DNA of 64,000 bases from Haliotis rufescens. Lineage: Eukaryota. Under the pieces are notes generated by a model. That model made no database searches, was not told the origin of the DNA, and saw only the letters and a list, made by a program, of their open reading frames with translations. The stretch is from positions 1,116,001 to 1,180,000 of the forward strand of contig NW_025964001.1 of the NCBI RefSeq assembly GCF_023055435.1, written 5' to 3'. Below, one piece after another: positions 12,958-26,334 of this stretch. The translations under genes were made by a program, and so were the position numbers. The stretch's first letter is position 1, and the number at the start of each line of letters is the position of its first letter.

Positions 12958-14385
12958 TACCACTGTTCTGTGTAGCAGTAAGATGAAAGTTATACCACTG
13001 TTCTGAGTAGCAGTAGGATGTCACAAAGTTATACCACTGTTCTGTGTAGCAGTAGGATGTTACAAAGTTATACCACTGTTCTGTGTAGCAGTAGGATGTT
13101 ACAAAGTTATACCACTGTTCTGTGTTGCAGTAGGATGTTACAAAGTTATACCACTGTTCTGTGTAGCAGTAGGATGTTACAAAGTTATACCACTGTTCTG
13201 TGTAGCAGTAGGATGTTACAAAGTTATACCACTGTTCTGTGGAGCAGTAGGATGTTACAAAGTTATACCACTGCCCACTGTAGCAGTAGGATATTACAAA
13301 GTTATACCACTGTTCTGTGTAGCAGTAGGATATTACAAAGTTATACCACTGTTCTGTGTAGCAGTAGGATATTACAAAGTTATACCACTGTTCTGTTGAG
13401 CAGTGGGATGTTACAAAGTTATACCACTGTTCTGAGTAGCAGGAGGATGTTACAAAGTTATACCACTGTTCTGTGGAGCAGTGGGATGTTACAAAGTTAT
13501 ACCAGTGTTCTGTGTAGCAGTAGGATGTTACAAAGTTATACCACTGTTCTGTGTAGCAGTAGGATGTTACAAAGTTATACCACTGTTCTGTGTAGCAGTA
13601 GGATGTTACAAAGTTATACCACTGTTCTGTGTAGCAGTAGGATATTACAAAGTTATACCACTGTTCTGTGTAGCAGTAGGATGTTACAAAGTTATACCAC
13701 TGTTCTGTGTAGCAGTAGGATGTTACAAAGTTATACCACTGTTCTGTGGAGCAGTGGGATGTTACAAAGTTATACCACTGCCCACTGTAGCAGTAGGATG
13801 TTACAAAGTTATATCACTGTTCTGTGTAGCAGTAGGATGTTACAAAGTTGTACCACTGTTCTGTGTAGCAGTAGGATGTTACAAAGTTATACCACTGTTC
13901 TGTGTAGCAGTAGGATGTTACAAAGTTGTACCACTGTTCTGTGGAGCAGTAGGATGTTACAAAGTTATACCACTGTTCTGTGTAGCAGTAAGATGTTACA
14001 AAGTTATACCACTGCCCACTGTAGCAGTAGGATGTTACAAAGCTATACCACTGTTCTGTGTAGCAGTAGGATGTTACAAAGTTATACCACTGTTCCTTGT
14101 AGCAGTAGGATATTACAAAGTTATACCACTGTTCTGTGTAGCAGTAGGATGTTACAAAGTTATACCACTGTCCCTTGTAGCAGTAGGATATTACAAAGTT
14201 ATATCACTGCCCACTGTAGCAGTAGGATGTTACAAAGCTATACCACTGTTCTGTGTAGCAGTAGGATGTTACAAAGTTATACCACTGTTCCTTGTAGCAG
14301 TAGGATATTACAAAGTTATATCACTGCCCACTGTAGCAGTAGGATGTTACAAAGTTATACCACTGACAACTGTAGCAGTAGGATG
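12958..14385. repeat. Minisatellite, 39-bp unit, about 36 copies
   Basis: TACCACTGTTCTGTGTAGCAGTAGGATGTTACAAAGTTA. Confidence 0.95.
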
Positions 14386-14739
14386 TTTAAAGGTTTAAGC
14401 ACAGTTTTTTTTTCAGTTCTGCAACACAGTTGCAAAACATTCTTCCACTATTTTTTTCTGTGTACTACTGGGTAATTCATTTCTAGAACAGGATTCTATC
14501 ACGGTCCTGTTCCACTGTATGTTGTTACAGAAATGATGATATAGTATATCCTAGTATTGTCCAAGTATTCAGGATGTATCTACTGTAATGCTGTGCATCG
14601 AAGCAGAGTTTTAAGTACTGACATGGCTTCTAAGTGGCTGTTATCCTTCTGGTGCCTCACAGGCAGCTTGGGAGCCAGGGAGACAGGGAGCTGAGAATGA
14701 AAATCAAGTGTACACTGATCCAATGACTAGGGTAATAAT

Positions 14740-14932
14740 AGTGTAGCACTAGCGCTATGAGCATCCACTTGGTGAATGGAATTTGGATCATTATAAATGC
14801 ATATATTATTGTTATACTCTTCTGGTAAATACAGAAGGCAATGCCCTGCTACCACACAGACGGTTATACCCTGAGAGTGTAGCGCCATGAGCATCCACTT
14901 GGTGAATGGAATTCGGTTCATTATAAATCACA

Positions 14933-14966
<34 letters not shown>
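14740..14966 (+). mobile_element. Two tandem LINE (L2/CR1-like) 3' ends with (TAT)n tail
   Basis: Duplicated AGCGCYATGAGCATCCACTTGGTGAATGGAATT...TATAAAT...ATTATT; the second copy has a long (TAT)n tail. Confidence 0.5.
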
Positions 14967-15351
14967 TTGCCGACAGAGGCAAACTTTCATAAACACTCAT
15001 GTTCCTAAATGTCAACTGATCGAGGATCATGAAACAGGTCTAGCCTGTAGATTATAAACAGTAATTATGTCTACTCGCCAGCCTCATTAATTAGGTACGG
15101 TGCCTGCGTCTAGTCAGTCTGAGACTGGTTCATTAGTTCACTGTGTGAAATTGGATAGCTGTCTGCTTAAACGAGAGTGACTAGTGATTGTCTCATTGAA
15201 CTAGATCCTTGTAGTTGAAGATGCATGCATGAAACATTATGTGAATATGGTGACCCATCAAGTAATTATCACTCTAACAAGCTGGAGTGGAGTCCACCTT
15301 TAACATGGAATGCCACATTGATAGTCAGTATATGTACTGTGTTGGAATATG

Positions 15352-15598
15352 TTGTTTGTTTGTTGTTCAATACCACACTCAGCAGTATTCCGGCTGTATG
15401 ACAGTGGGGGGTCTGTAAATAATGAAATCTGTGCCAGACAATCCAGTGATTGACATCATGAGCATCAATCTACACACTTGGGATGCATTGACATACATCA
15501 ACCAAGTCAGTGAACCTAACCACACGACTATGTTAATCGCCTCTTACAATAAACATGGGTTGCTGAAAACCAATTCTCGCCTGAATCTTTAAGGGTCT
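15352..15598 (-). mobile_element. SINE-like repeat, family C, (AAAC)n tail
   Basis: Reverse complement resembles 23070-23266 and 48767-49000. Confidence 0.7.
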
Positions 15599-16189
15599 TG
15601 TTTGAATATGTGCCAGATGACAGATTTGTATTCATTAAGCAGTTGGGATCAGGAATGTAGACAGAAGTTTGCATTTATGCTGATCTGATTTTATTTTGGT
15701 GAGGTTAGGAAAATGTTTTCAATATATTAAGGTTGCCATGAGCATGATGAGTGGTATTCCAATTTCTAGGTGCTTACTTGAATTATTGTTAACAGGTGAG
15801 ACTTTATGATGAATTTCAGGACATATATTAGTTTTGTGGTGGAGTCAACACTGTGTGGAATAGAAATGGCTTATGCTTTAGGAGAATGTTCATGCAGTCA
15901 GTATAATTAGTATTCGAGAACCGGTAATTTTGATGGAGCTTCTTTTCTTGTATATTAGTTTTATAGATATTTGTAGTGCTTCCTGGTTGAGGCATCAATG
16001 CACATATTTTCAGTGCAATTAAGTAAATTAAAATGTTACTTTGGAAAAAAATCATCTAAGTTTTGACAGTTAATTAACACATCCAGACTGATTAACTTTC
16101 AGGTTAACTGATCATGCTTCAAATTACATTTGAACCTTGAAGACAATCTTCTCAATACAGTGACTCAGTGTCTTAAGATGTCTGCCAGA

Positions 16190-17015
16190 CAGACATGTCC
16201 TATCATGTAGAACGCTTCCTGTGGTGTCAGACATGTTCTATGCTTTAGAACTCTTCCTGTGATGCCAGACATGTTCTATGCTGTAGAACGCTTCCTGTGG
16301 TGTCAGACATGTTCTATCCTGTAGAACTCTTCCTGTGATGCCACACATGTTCTATGCTGTAGAACGCTTCCTGTGATGCCAGACATGTCCCATGCCGTAG
16401 GACACTTCTTATGGTGCCAGACATGTTCTATCCTGTAGAACTCTTCCTGTTATGCCAGATAGACATGTTCAATGCTGTAGAACTCTTCCTGTGATGCCAG
16501 ACATATCCTATGCCGTAGAACACTTCCCATGGTGTCAGACATGTTCCATGGTGTAGAACTCTTCCTGTGATGCCAGACATGTTCCATGGTGTAGAACTCT
16601 TCCTGTGATGCCAGACATGTTCCATGGTGTAGAACTCTTCCTGTGATGCCAGACATGTTCTATGCTGTAGAACGCTTCCTATGGTGCCAGACATGTTCTA
16701 TCTTGTAGAACTCTTCCTGTTATGCCAGCTAGACATGTTCTATGCTGTAGAACGCTTCCTGTGATGCCAGACATGTTCCATGGTGTAGAACTCTTCCTGT
16801 GATGCCAGACATGTCCTATCCTGTAGAACACTTCCTGTGATGCCAGGTAGACATGTTCTATTCTGTAGAATGCTTCCTATGATGTCTGACATGTTCTATG
16901 CTGTAGAACACTTCCTATTGTGTCAGACATGTTCCATGGTGTAGAACTCTTCCTGTGATGCCAGACATGTTCTATCCTGTAAAACACTTCCTGTGATGAC
17001 AGGTAGACATGTTAT
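16190..17015. repeat. Minisatellite, 38-bp unit
   Basis: GTAGAACTCTTCCTGTGATGCCAGACATGTTCTATGCT. Confidence 0.9.
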
Positions 17016-17211
17016 ATGGTGTGTTCTATGCTGGTGTTGTACCTGGTGAGGTCCATATCATACCATGCAATCTTCAAGCACTTGATGTATGTTGTTGCTA
17101 TTTATTGATTTATCTGCAGTGAGTTAGTTCACATCTCACAGGAGTGGTTGGTTGAGAGCAAGATGTGCCCACTGCAGTGTGGCCCAATATTTGCCACAGT
17201 CACGCATCTTT

Positions 17212-17650
17212 AGTTTCATGTGTGTCACAACTGCATTGTATCAGTCCCTTGTCCCAGTTTCATGTGTGTCACAACTGCATTGTATCAGTCCCTTGTCCCA
17301 GTTTCATGTGTGTCACAACTGCATTGTATCAGCCCCTTGTCCCAGTTTCATGTGTGTCACAACTGCACTGATCAGCCCCTTGTCCCAGTTTCATGTGTGT
17401 CACAACTGCATTGTATCAGTCCCTTGTCCCAGTTTCATGTGTGTCACAACTGCACTGATCAGCCCCTTGTCCCAGTTTCATGTGTGTCACAACTGCATTG
17501 TATCAGTCCCTTGTCCCAGTTTCATGTGTGTCACAACTGCATTGTATCAGTCCCTCGTCCTAGTTTCATGTGTCACAACTGCAATGAATCAGTCCCTCTT
17601 CCTAGTTTCATGTGTCACAACTGCAATGAATCAGTCCCTCTTCCTAGTTT
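17212..17650. repeat. Minisatellite, 44-bp unit
   Basis: AGTTTCATGTGTGTCACAACTGCATTGTATCAGTCCCTTGTCCC. Confidence 0.9.
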
Positions 17651-17951
17651 CACCAAGTAGTCAATCGAGTGAGTCACTCATTCTCTGTTGCACTGAATAT
17701 TTTTCAAAGTACATTATCAACAAATGATATATTCCAATCATTGTCCTGTATATTTATTGATAGATAATAAATCAAGAATCAATGTTGTCGTTTACATGAG
17801 CCTACATGCTGGCTACTAAATGATATCCCTGCAAGCAATGTATGTGATAAAAGCCATATGACGAAGCTTAGACAATTGCCATGAATTATAAATTTAGGAA
17901 ACAAAGAGGTTCTGTTAACTTGTCAGAAGTGACTTTTCATAGATTTATAAT

Positions 17952-18530
17952 TCTCCCTGCCCCACATTTAGATGGGTTAAGCAGTCTCCCTGTCCACATT
18001 TGGAAGGGTTAAGCAGTCTCCCTGTCCACATTTGTAAGGGTTAAGCAGTCTCCCTGTCCACATTTGTAAGGGTTAAGCAGTCTCCCTGTCCACATTTGGA
18101 TGGGTTAAGCAGTCTCCCTGTCCACATTTGGATGGGTTAAGCAGTCTCCCTGTCCACATTTGTAAGGGTTAAGCAGTCTCCCTGACCACATTTGGATGGG
18201 TTAAGCAGTCTCCCTGTCCACATTTGGATGGGTTAAGCAGTCTCCCTGACCACATTTGGATGGGTTAAGCAGTCCCCCTGTCCACATTTGGATGGGTTAA
18301 GCAGTCTCCCTGTCCCACATTTGGATGGGTTAAGCAGTCTCCCTGTCCACATTTGGATGGGTTAAGCAGTCTCCCTGTCCCACATTTGGATTGGTTAAGC
18401 AGTCTCCCTGTCCACATTTGGATGGGTTTAGCAGTCTCCCTGCCCCACATTTGGATGGGTTAAGCAGTCTCCCTGCCCCACATTTGGATGGGTTAAGCAG
18501 TCTCCCTGTCCACATTTGGGTTGGTTGATT
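17952..18530. repeat. Minisatellite, 32-bp unit
   Basis: GGGTTAAGCAGTCTCCCTGTCCACATTTGGAT. Confidence 0.95.
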
Positions 18531-18964
18531 AAGCATAAATATTTTCATATGTCCCTGCTGGAATATACATTGGGTGTATCATTGACTAAGTTGTACTTTC
18601 CTTTAACTGTAAGTTTATGTTCCGATCGAGTTAAAAGAACCTAAAACAAAACTGCATTACTTTATAGATGCTGATGTGATTATGTAGCAGCACCAGTTTA
18701 CAGCTTTATGGAGTACAATTATCATATGCCATGTTAGAGGTAGATGACTGGGTTATTGGGCATGCATGGATCACTTCGTTGTAGTGTGATGGAACATTGA
18801 GGTTATTGCTGTTGAAGCTTGTCAGCACTATATTCTTGTAATATGAGGTGAATACTTGTACATTGTAATGTGCCTCAAGAGCAGTGTGTTACAGAGAGGA
18901 TGATGAGCTGATGACATCACCCATACAGAAAAACAGATGCTGAATACAAATGATAATTTCCATA

Positions 18965-19595
18965 ATCTCAATAGAGCATACAGTCCTATCAGTAGAGAAT
19001 ACAGGTCCCAATAGTTCCATCAATAGAGAATACAGTCCTATCAGTAGAGAATACAGGTCCCAATAGTTCCACCAATCGAGCATACAAGCCTGTCAGTAGA
19101 GAATACAGGTCCCAATAGTTCCATCAATAGAGGATACAAGCCTGTCAGTAGCGAATACAGGTCCCAATAGTCCCATCAATAGAGGATACTGGCCTCAATA
19201 GTCACATCTTGGTGTATATATCATATATATCTGACCAGAACACCTTGGTGTCTGTTTCATGTCTAACCAGAACATCTTGTGTATATATCATATATCTGAC
19301 CAGAACATCTTGGTGTATATATCATCTCTTACCAGAACATCTTGTGTATATCATATATCTGACCAGAACATCTTGGTGTATATTTCATGTCTTACCAGAA
19401 CATCTTGTGTATATATCATGAATCTCACCAGAACATCTTGTATATGTGTCACATATCAGACCAGAACTTCTTGGTGTTTATATCACTTATCTGACCGAAA
19501 CATCTTGGTGTTTATATCCCATCTGACCAGAACACCTTTGTGTATATATATCACTTGTCTGACCAGAACATCTTGGTGTTTATATCGCATGTCTG
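18965..19595. repeat. Two degenerate minisatellites; the second (GACCAGAACATCTTGGTGTATAT..., ~36 bp) runs up to the ER acceptor
   Basis: Visible periodicity at 18965-19190 and 19205-19595. Confidence 0.85.
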
Positions 19596-19617
19596 ACTTT
19601 CTCTTGTTTTGTTGCAG

Positions 19618-19850
19618 GGAGTGCAGTGGCACCAAGTCTCCTAAGGAAGAAGGGCGGATGGTGTCGCCAGGTGCATGCATACCGGTGCAGGTGCAGCATG
19701 CACAGAGCATGTTGCCGGCCGGTGCACACCCACAGGCGCCGACGTCAACCACAACAGATGGGCTGGACCCAGAGAAAAAGTTTCTGCCACCCATTGATCC
19801 CCGCACCAACCTTGTTCCGGCACCACACCCTAAACAGGAGATGCCTTCAG
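19618..19850 (+). CDS. ESR: Estrogen receptor exon, A/B domain (ATG at 19658, MVSPGACIP...EMPS)
   Basis: Polypyrimidine tract plus TTGCAG acceptor; CAG|GTACAT donor; phase 1 joins the DBD exon in frame. Confidence 0.8.
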
Positions 19851-19854
19851 GTAC

Positions 19855-21865
19855 ATAGAACTGTAGGAATGCTGATTTGGTAGATTGCTTCAACAATGGA
19901 GGTAGACAGGTATAGACTGTAGACTGCTTCAACAGGTGGAGATAGACAGGTATTGACTGTAGACTGCTGCAACAATGGAGGTAGACAGGTATAGACTGTA
20001 GACTGCTTCAACGGGTGGAGATAGACAGGTATAGACTGTAGAGTGCTTCAACAATGGAGGTAGACAGGTATAGACTGTAGACTGCTTCAACAATGGGGGT
20101 AGACAGGTATAGACTGTAGATTGCTTCAACAATGGACGTAGACAGGTAAAGACTGTAGGCTGCTTCAACAATGGAGGTTGACAGGTATAGACTGTAGACT
20201 GCTTCAACAATGGAGGTAGACAGGTATAGACTGTAGATTGCTTCAACAATGGAGGTAGACAGGTATAGACTTAGGCTGCTTCAACAATGGAGGTAGACAG
20301 GTAAAGACTGTAGGCTGCTGCAACAATGGAGGTAGACAGGTAAAGACTGTAGACTGCTTCAACAATGGAGGTAGACAGGTATAGACTTAGGCTGCTTCAA
20401 CAATGGAGGTAGACAGGTAAAGACTGTAGACTGCTTCAACAATGGAGGTAGACAGGTATAGACTGTAGATTGCTTCAACAATGGAGGTAGACAGGTATAG
20501 ACTTAGGCTGCTTCAACAATGGAGGTAGACAGGTAAAGACTGTAGGCTGCTGCAACAATGGAGGTAGACAGATATAGACTGTACGCTGCTTCAACAATGG
20601 AGGTAGACAGATATAGACTGTAGATTGCTCAACAATGGAGGTAAACAGGTATAGACTGTAGGCTGCTTTAACAATGGAGGTAGACAGGTAAAGACTGTAG
20701 GCTGCTTCATCAATGGAAGTAGACAGGTATAGACTGTAGGCTGCTTCAACAATGGAGGTAGACAGGTATAGACTGTAGGCTGCTGTAACAATGGAGGTTG
20801 ACAGGTATAGACTGTAGACTGCTTCAACAATGGAGGTAGACAGGTATAGACTGTAGACTGCTGCAACAATGGAGGTAGACAGGTATAGACTGTAGGCTGC
20901 TGCAACAATGGAGGTTGACACATATAGACTGTAGACTGCTTCAACAATGGAGGTAGACAGATATAGACTGTAGACTGCTTCAACAATGGAGATAGACAGG
21001 TATAGACTGTAGGCTGCTGCAACAATGGAGGTTGACAGATATAGACTGTAGACTGCTTCAACAATGGAGGTAGACAGGTATAGACTGTAGACTGCTGCAA
21101 CAATGGAGGTTGACAGGTATAGACTGTAGGCTGCTGCAACAATGGAGGTTGACAGATATAGACTGTAGATTGCTCAACAATGGAGGTAAACAGGTATAGA
21201 CTGAAGGCTGCTTTAACAATGGAGGTAGACAGGTAAAGACTGTAGGCTGCTGCAACAATGGAGGTTGACAGGTATAGACTGTAGACTGCTTCAACAATGG
21301 AGGTAGACAGGTATAGACTGCAGATTGCTTCAACAATGGAGGTAGACAGGTATTGACTGTAGGCTGCTGCAACAATGGAAGTAGACAGGTATAGACTGTA
21401 GACTGCTTCAACAGGTGGAGATAGACAGGTATAGACTGTAGGCTGCTTCAACAATGGAGGTAGACAGGTATAGACTGTAGGCTGCTTCAACAATGGAGGT
21501 AGACAGGTAAAGACTGTAGGCTGCTGCAACAGGTGGAGGTAGACAGGTATAGACTGTAGGCTGCTTCAACAATAGAGGTTGACAGGTATAGACAGTAGAC
21601 TGCTTCAACAATGGAGGTACACAGGTATAGACTGTAGATTGCTTCAACAATGGAGGTAGACAGGTATAGACTGTAGATTGCTTCAACAATGGAGGTAGAC
21701 AGGTAAAGACTGTAGGCTGCTTCAACAATGGAGGTTGACAGATATAGACTGTAGACTGCTGCAACAATGGAGGTAGACAGGTAAAGACTGTAGACTGCTT
21801 CAACAATGGAGATAGACAGGTATAGACTGTAGATTGCTTCAACAATGGAGGTAGACAGGTATAGA
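19855..21865. repeat. Minisatellite, 39-bp unit, about 50 copies, starting at the ER A/B exon donor
   Basis: CAACAATGGAGGTAGACAGGTATAGACTGTAGACTGCTT. Confidence 0.95.
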
Positions 21866-22199
21866 ATGTGTCCCTGTTTTAAAGCTTATGAATTGAGAAG
21901 AACCTGGAGTGTCCATTTTAGTGATAGGTGCGATGATGAAACCAAGCACATGAGGTCTGGGGCACTGTGTTACGGCTCCTTGTGCCCATTCACTCAGGCC
22001 GAGTGGCAGGTCAAGGTTTTTGTGGAGTTTGTTCCGCTGACAGGGTCAACAAGTATGAATTGCCATTCTTAACTCAACACTTGTTTTGAAATAGATTCAA
22101 ATAATCAAGTATATCCGGAAGCTGGAGGCCTCATGAAATTTTTTTCTTATATTGTCACATATATTTTGATAGGGAATATAGGAGGATATTGCAGTGATA

Positions 22200-22715
22200 T
22201 ACTGGGTGATCAGACAGACGGTTATACCATGCATATGACATTGTCACATATAATGCTATCAAATAGATGGTTATACCATTCATGTGATATATTAGGAGAT
22301 CATTTGGATGGTTATACCATGCATGCAATATATTAGATGATCATATGGATTGTTATACCATGCGTGTGATATATTAGACGATCATTTGAACGGTTATGCC
22401 ACGTGTGAGATATATTTTTAGGCGATAATATGGACGGTTATACCATGCATGCGATATATATTTGATGGTCATATGGATGGTTATACCATGCATGTGATAT
22501 ATTAGGTGATCATATGGACAGTTACACCATGCAAGTGATGTATTAGGCAATCATATCAACCTTTATACCATGAGCATGATATATTAGGCGATCATATGGA
22601 TGGTTATACCTTGAGTGTGATATATCTTTAGGACGGTTATACCATGTGTGTTATATATCTTTTATTTTATCATATGGACGGTCATACCATGCGTGAGATA
22701 TATTAGGCAATCATT
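22200..22715. repeat. Degenerate ~42-bp minisatellite
   Basis: GATCATATGGATGGTTATACCATGCATGTGATATATTAG variants. Confidence 0.8.
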
Positions 22716-23069
22716 CGATGAGGTCAGCAAGATGGAGGTCATTCATGTGGGTGTCTGACTGTATGGAGATCACTACCAGGAAGAGTTTAGAATATATTAG
22801 AATACTTATTGCATATCAGCTTGCTCCTTCATGCCCTTCATTGATAATGCACTCGGTGTGCAGAAACAGGAAGTTGTACATCATAGTGAGGTTGGACAGC
22901 ATTAGTCATACGCTTTGAAAAGGAAGACACAATTTTGTCAATTTTTATGAGAGTATTTTGTTTTATATTTTTGAAGATTGACAGACATATTTTGGCTTGT
23001 GCATTTCTTGCAAGTCAGAACCTGGAATCTGTGAATTTAGTCTCAGAGATAAGGTGTCTTTTTATAAAT

Positions 23070-23266
23070 AAAAGGCGACTAATGAGATCGGGTGGTCAGG
23101 CTCGGTGACTTGGTTGATACATGTCATCGATTCCAATTGCTTGGATCGATGCTCATGATGTCAATCACTGGAGTGTCTGGTCCAGACTCAATTATTTTAC
23201 AGACCGCTGTCATATAGCTGGAATATTGTTGAGTGCGGCGTTAAACATCAAACAAACAAACAAACA
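23070..23266 (+). mobile_element. SINE-like repeat, family C, 5' truncated
   Basis: Ends GCTGGAATATTGTTGAGTGCGGCGTTAAAC(AAAC)n; 3' end resembles family A. Confidence 0.7.
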
Positions 23267-23325
23267 AAATGCAAAATCCAAAATCCAAATGGATCCCAGA
23301 ACAATGCTAATTCTAAGGGCTAATG

Positions 23326-23511
23326 CGGGGTGGTCGGGTAGCCTCGTGGTTAAAGTGTTCGCTCGCCACGCTGAAGACCCGGGTTCGATTCCTGACATTG
23401 GTACAATGTGTGAAGCCCATTTCTTGTGTTCCCCGCCATGATATTGCTGGAATATTGCTGAAAGCTGTCTAAAACCATACTCACTCACTCACTCACTCAC
23501 TCACTCACTCA
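23326..23511 (+). mobile_element. SINE family A copy
   Basis: GGTTCGATTCC B box; near identity to 627-790; long (ACTC)n tail. Confidence 0.85.
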
Positions 23512-23634
23512 GTTGGGAGCTGCATGTGCGAAAAGGTTGGCAATAAGAATCACATAGCTTCAGATGTTTTCAGTATATTGAAGAATGTTCTTAAAATTCC
23601 AGAAGTATGTATAATTCCACATGAACATGCACTT

Positions 23635-24220
23635 CTGCATTGGTCGTTTTCAGTTGTGCAGTTCTCAGTGGTCATTGTATTCAGTTGTGCAGTTCTCATT
23701 GGTCGTTGTATTCAGTCCTACAGTTCTCATTGGTCGTTGTATTCAGTTGTACAGATCTCATTTGTTGTTTTATCTAGTCATACAGTGTTTATTGTATTCA
23801 GTTGTGCAGTTCTCATTGGTCGTTGTATTCAGTTGTACAGTTCTCATTGGTCGTTGTATTCAGTCCTACAGTTCTCATTGGTCGTTGTATTCAGTTGTAC
23901 AGATCTTATTTGTTGTTTTATCTAGTCATACAGTTTTTATTGTATTCAGTTGTGCAGTTCTCATTGGTCGTTGTATTCGGTTGTACAGTTCTCATTGGTC
24001 GTTGTATTCAGTCCTACAGTTCTCATTGGTCGTTGTATTCAGTTGTACAGATCTCATTTGTTGTTTTATCTAGTCATACAGTTTTTATTGTATTCAGTTG
24101 TGCAGTTCTCATTGGTCGTTGTATTCAGTTGTACAGATCTTATTGGTCGTTGTATTCAGTTGTACAGATCTTATTGGTCGTTGTATTCAGTTGTACAGAT
24201 CTTATTGGTTGTTGTATCAT
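23635..24220. repeat. 31-bp minisatellite with 148-bp higher-order repeat
   Basis: CAGTTCTCATTGGTCGTTGTATTCAGTTGTA. Confidence 0.9.
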
Positions 24221-24431
24221 AAATTGATCCCGATTCGATGGGTGAAGGGTTACAGAAGTGGGCACCTCCGTGTTTGAGGGTAACATGATTTCAATGCAAA
24301 TATAATTTGTTTCACAAATTTTTTGGCTTAAAAATTCTTACCCGATTGATTAATTTGTATTCATCATGTATATTCTGGTATGTTCTTATGCTATTATTTA
24401 ATAATAAATTGTGTTTATTCTTGTGCTGCAG

Positions 24432-24545
24432 TGAGTGGGACATCCACCAAGTTGTGCCAGGTGTGTAACGACAACGCATCCGGCTTCCACTATGGTGTCT
24501 GGTCCTGCGAGGGCTGCAAGGCTTTTTTCAAACGAAGCATACAAG
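24432..24545 (+). CDS. ESR: Estrogen receptor exon, DBD zinc finger 1
   Basis: [31 protein letters not shown]; the P-box CEGCKA is ER-type (ERR has CEACKA); AG/GT boundaries. Confidence 0.97.
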
Positions 24546-24769
24546 GTAAACATCAAGGCATGTAGCACTCCACTCTCTTTTCTGGCCTACCCCTGGGGAG
24601 ATTCCAGGTTAGATTTGGTCCCCAGAAAACTTCTGGTTGTAAGATGCGAGTAAATGGACCTTTGTCAGGCGACTTTGTTGATTGTGTGTCTCTCCATGCA
24701 GATTCCAGGGCAGAATAGGTTTCCAGAACTCCATGCTCCTCCCTCTGAGGATCTGTTCTGACCTGGGTG

Positions 24770-25661
24770 TCACTGATACACAGGGGGGAGGCCTCCCTGA
24801 TACAGGCCTCACTGGTACGGAGGGTTGAGGCCTCCCTGATACAGGCCTCCCTGATACACAGGGATGTGGCGTCCCTGATACAGGCCTCACTGGTACGGAG
24901 GGTTGAGGCCTCCCTGATACAGGCCTCCCTGATACACAGGGATGTGGCGTCCCTGATACAGGCCTCACTNNNNNNNNNNNNNNNNNNNNNNNNNNNNNNN
25001 NNNNNNNNNNNNNNNNNNNNNNNNNNNNNNNNNNNNNNNNNNNNNNNNNNNNNNNNNNNNNNNNNNNNNNNNNNNNNNNNNNNNNNNNNNNNNNNNNNNG
25101 AGGCCTCCCTGATACAGACCCCCCTGATACAGGCCTCCCTGATACAGGCCTCACTGATACAGGCCTCACTGTTACGCAGGGTTGAGGCCTCCCTGATACA
25201 CATGGGGGAGGCATCCTTGATACAGACCCCCCTGATACACAGGGATGTGGCGTCCCTGATACAGGCCTCACTGGTACACAGGGTTGAGGCCTCCCTGATA
25301 CAGGCCTCCCTGATACACAGGTATGTGGCGTCCCTGATACAGGCCTCCTTGATACACAGGGATGTTGCCTCCCTGATACAGGCCTCCCTGATACACAGGG
25401 ATGTGGCCTCCCTGATAAAGGCCTCACTGGTACACAGGGATGTGGCCTCCCTGATACAGGCCTCACTGATACACAGGGATGAGGCCTCCCTGATACACAG
25501 GTATGTGGCCTCCCTGATACAGGCCTCACTGTTACGCAGGGTTGAGGCCTCACTGATACACAGGGATGAGGCCTCCCTGATACAGACCCCCCTGATACAC
25601 AGGGATGTGGCCTCCCTGATACACAGCGGGGAGGCCTCACTGGTATGCAGGGTTGAGGCCT
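24770..25661. repeat. Compound GGCCTCCCTGATACA(CA) satellite, gapped
   Basis: Mixed 15-25 bp units; adjacent to two N gaps. Confidence 0.9.
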
Positions 25662-25982
25662 NNNNNNNNNNNNNNNNNNNNNNNNNNNNNNNNNNNNNNN
25701 NNNNNNNNNNNNNNNNNNNNNNNNNNNNNNNNNNNNNNNNNNNNNNNNNNNNNNNNNNNNNNNNNNNNNNNNNNNNNNNNNNNNNNNNNNNNNNNNNNNN
25801 NNNNNNNNNNNNNNNNNNNNNNNNNNNNNNNNNNNNNNNNNNNNNNACAGGCATCCCTAATAGTTCTGAAGGAGATGTGGCCTACCCATCTTTAGTGTTG
25901 CTGTTGAGATGCAGAGATGACACAACATAATGTATGTGCAGTTTACAAGATTATTATTAATTCAATTAAGTTCGTCTTGCAG

Positions 25983-26096
25983 GTCCCGTGGACTATGTAT
26001 GCCCAGCAACTAACAACTGTACAATTGACAAACATCGTCGGAAGAGCTGCCAGGCATGCCGACTTCGCAAATGTTATGAAGTTGGAATGAACAAAG
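25983..26096 (+). CDS. ESR: Estrogen receptor exon, DBD zinc finger 2
   Basis: Manual translation: [38 protein letters not shown]; TTGCAG|...AAAG|GTAT. Not in the ORF track. Confidence 0.97.
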
Positions 26097-26334
26097 GTAT
26101 AATCCCTTCCTTCTGAAAGCCTATTATCTCTATAGAAGAAGATTTTGAATTTTAACTTCAGGTTTTCAGTCTAGTGTTAGAAACATTAACATACAGCAAT
26201 TTGCATAACTTATTGAAATTGCTCAATTTGCACAACATCCCAGAAGCATAATGGTTAGGAGGACATTGGTCCCATGACCTGCTCAGAGATGGGCATCTGA
26301 CAGCTAGAGAAACTGCAGGGTTTGATACTCCGGG

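Noticed and set aside
13018-14475. 485-aa ORF with a 13-aa periodicity
   Set aside because: A 39-bp minisatellite open in two frames; no splice or domain evidence.
14663-14731. Possible 69-nt cassette exon (CACAG...AGG|GTAATA) upstream of the ER A/B exon
   Set aside because: It has a TGA in the ER frame and no supporting evidence; it could only be a UTR or poison exon.
17952-18530. Interstitial telomeric repeats (GGGTTA)
   Set aside because: Only one hexamer per 32-bp unit, not tandem TTAGGG.
24553-25930. Long ORFs on both strands, also at 50311-51476 and 782-1168
   Set aside because: They run through N gaps and/or simple repeats.
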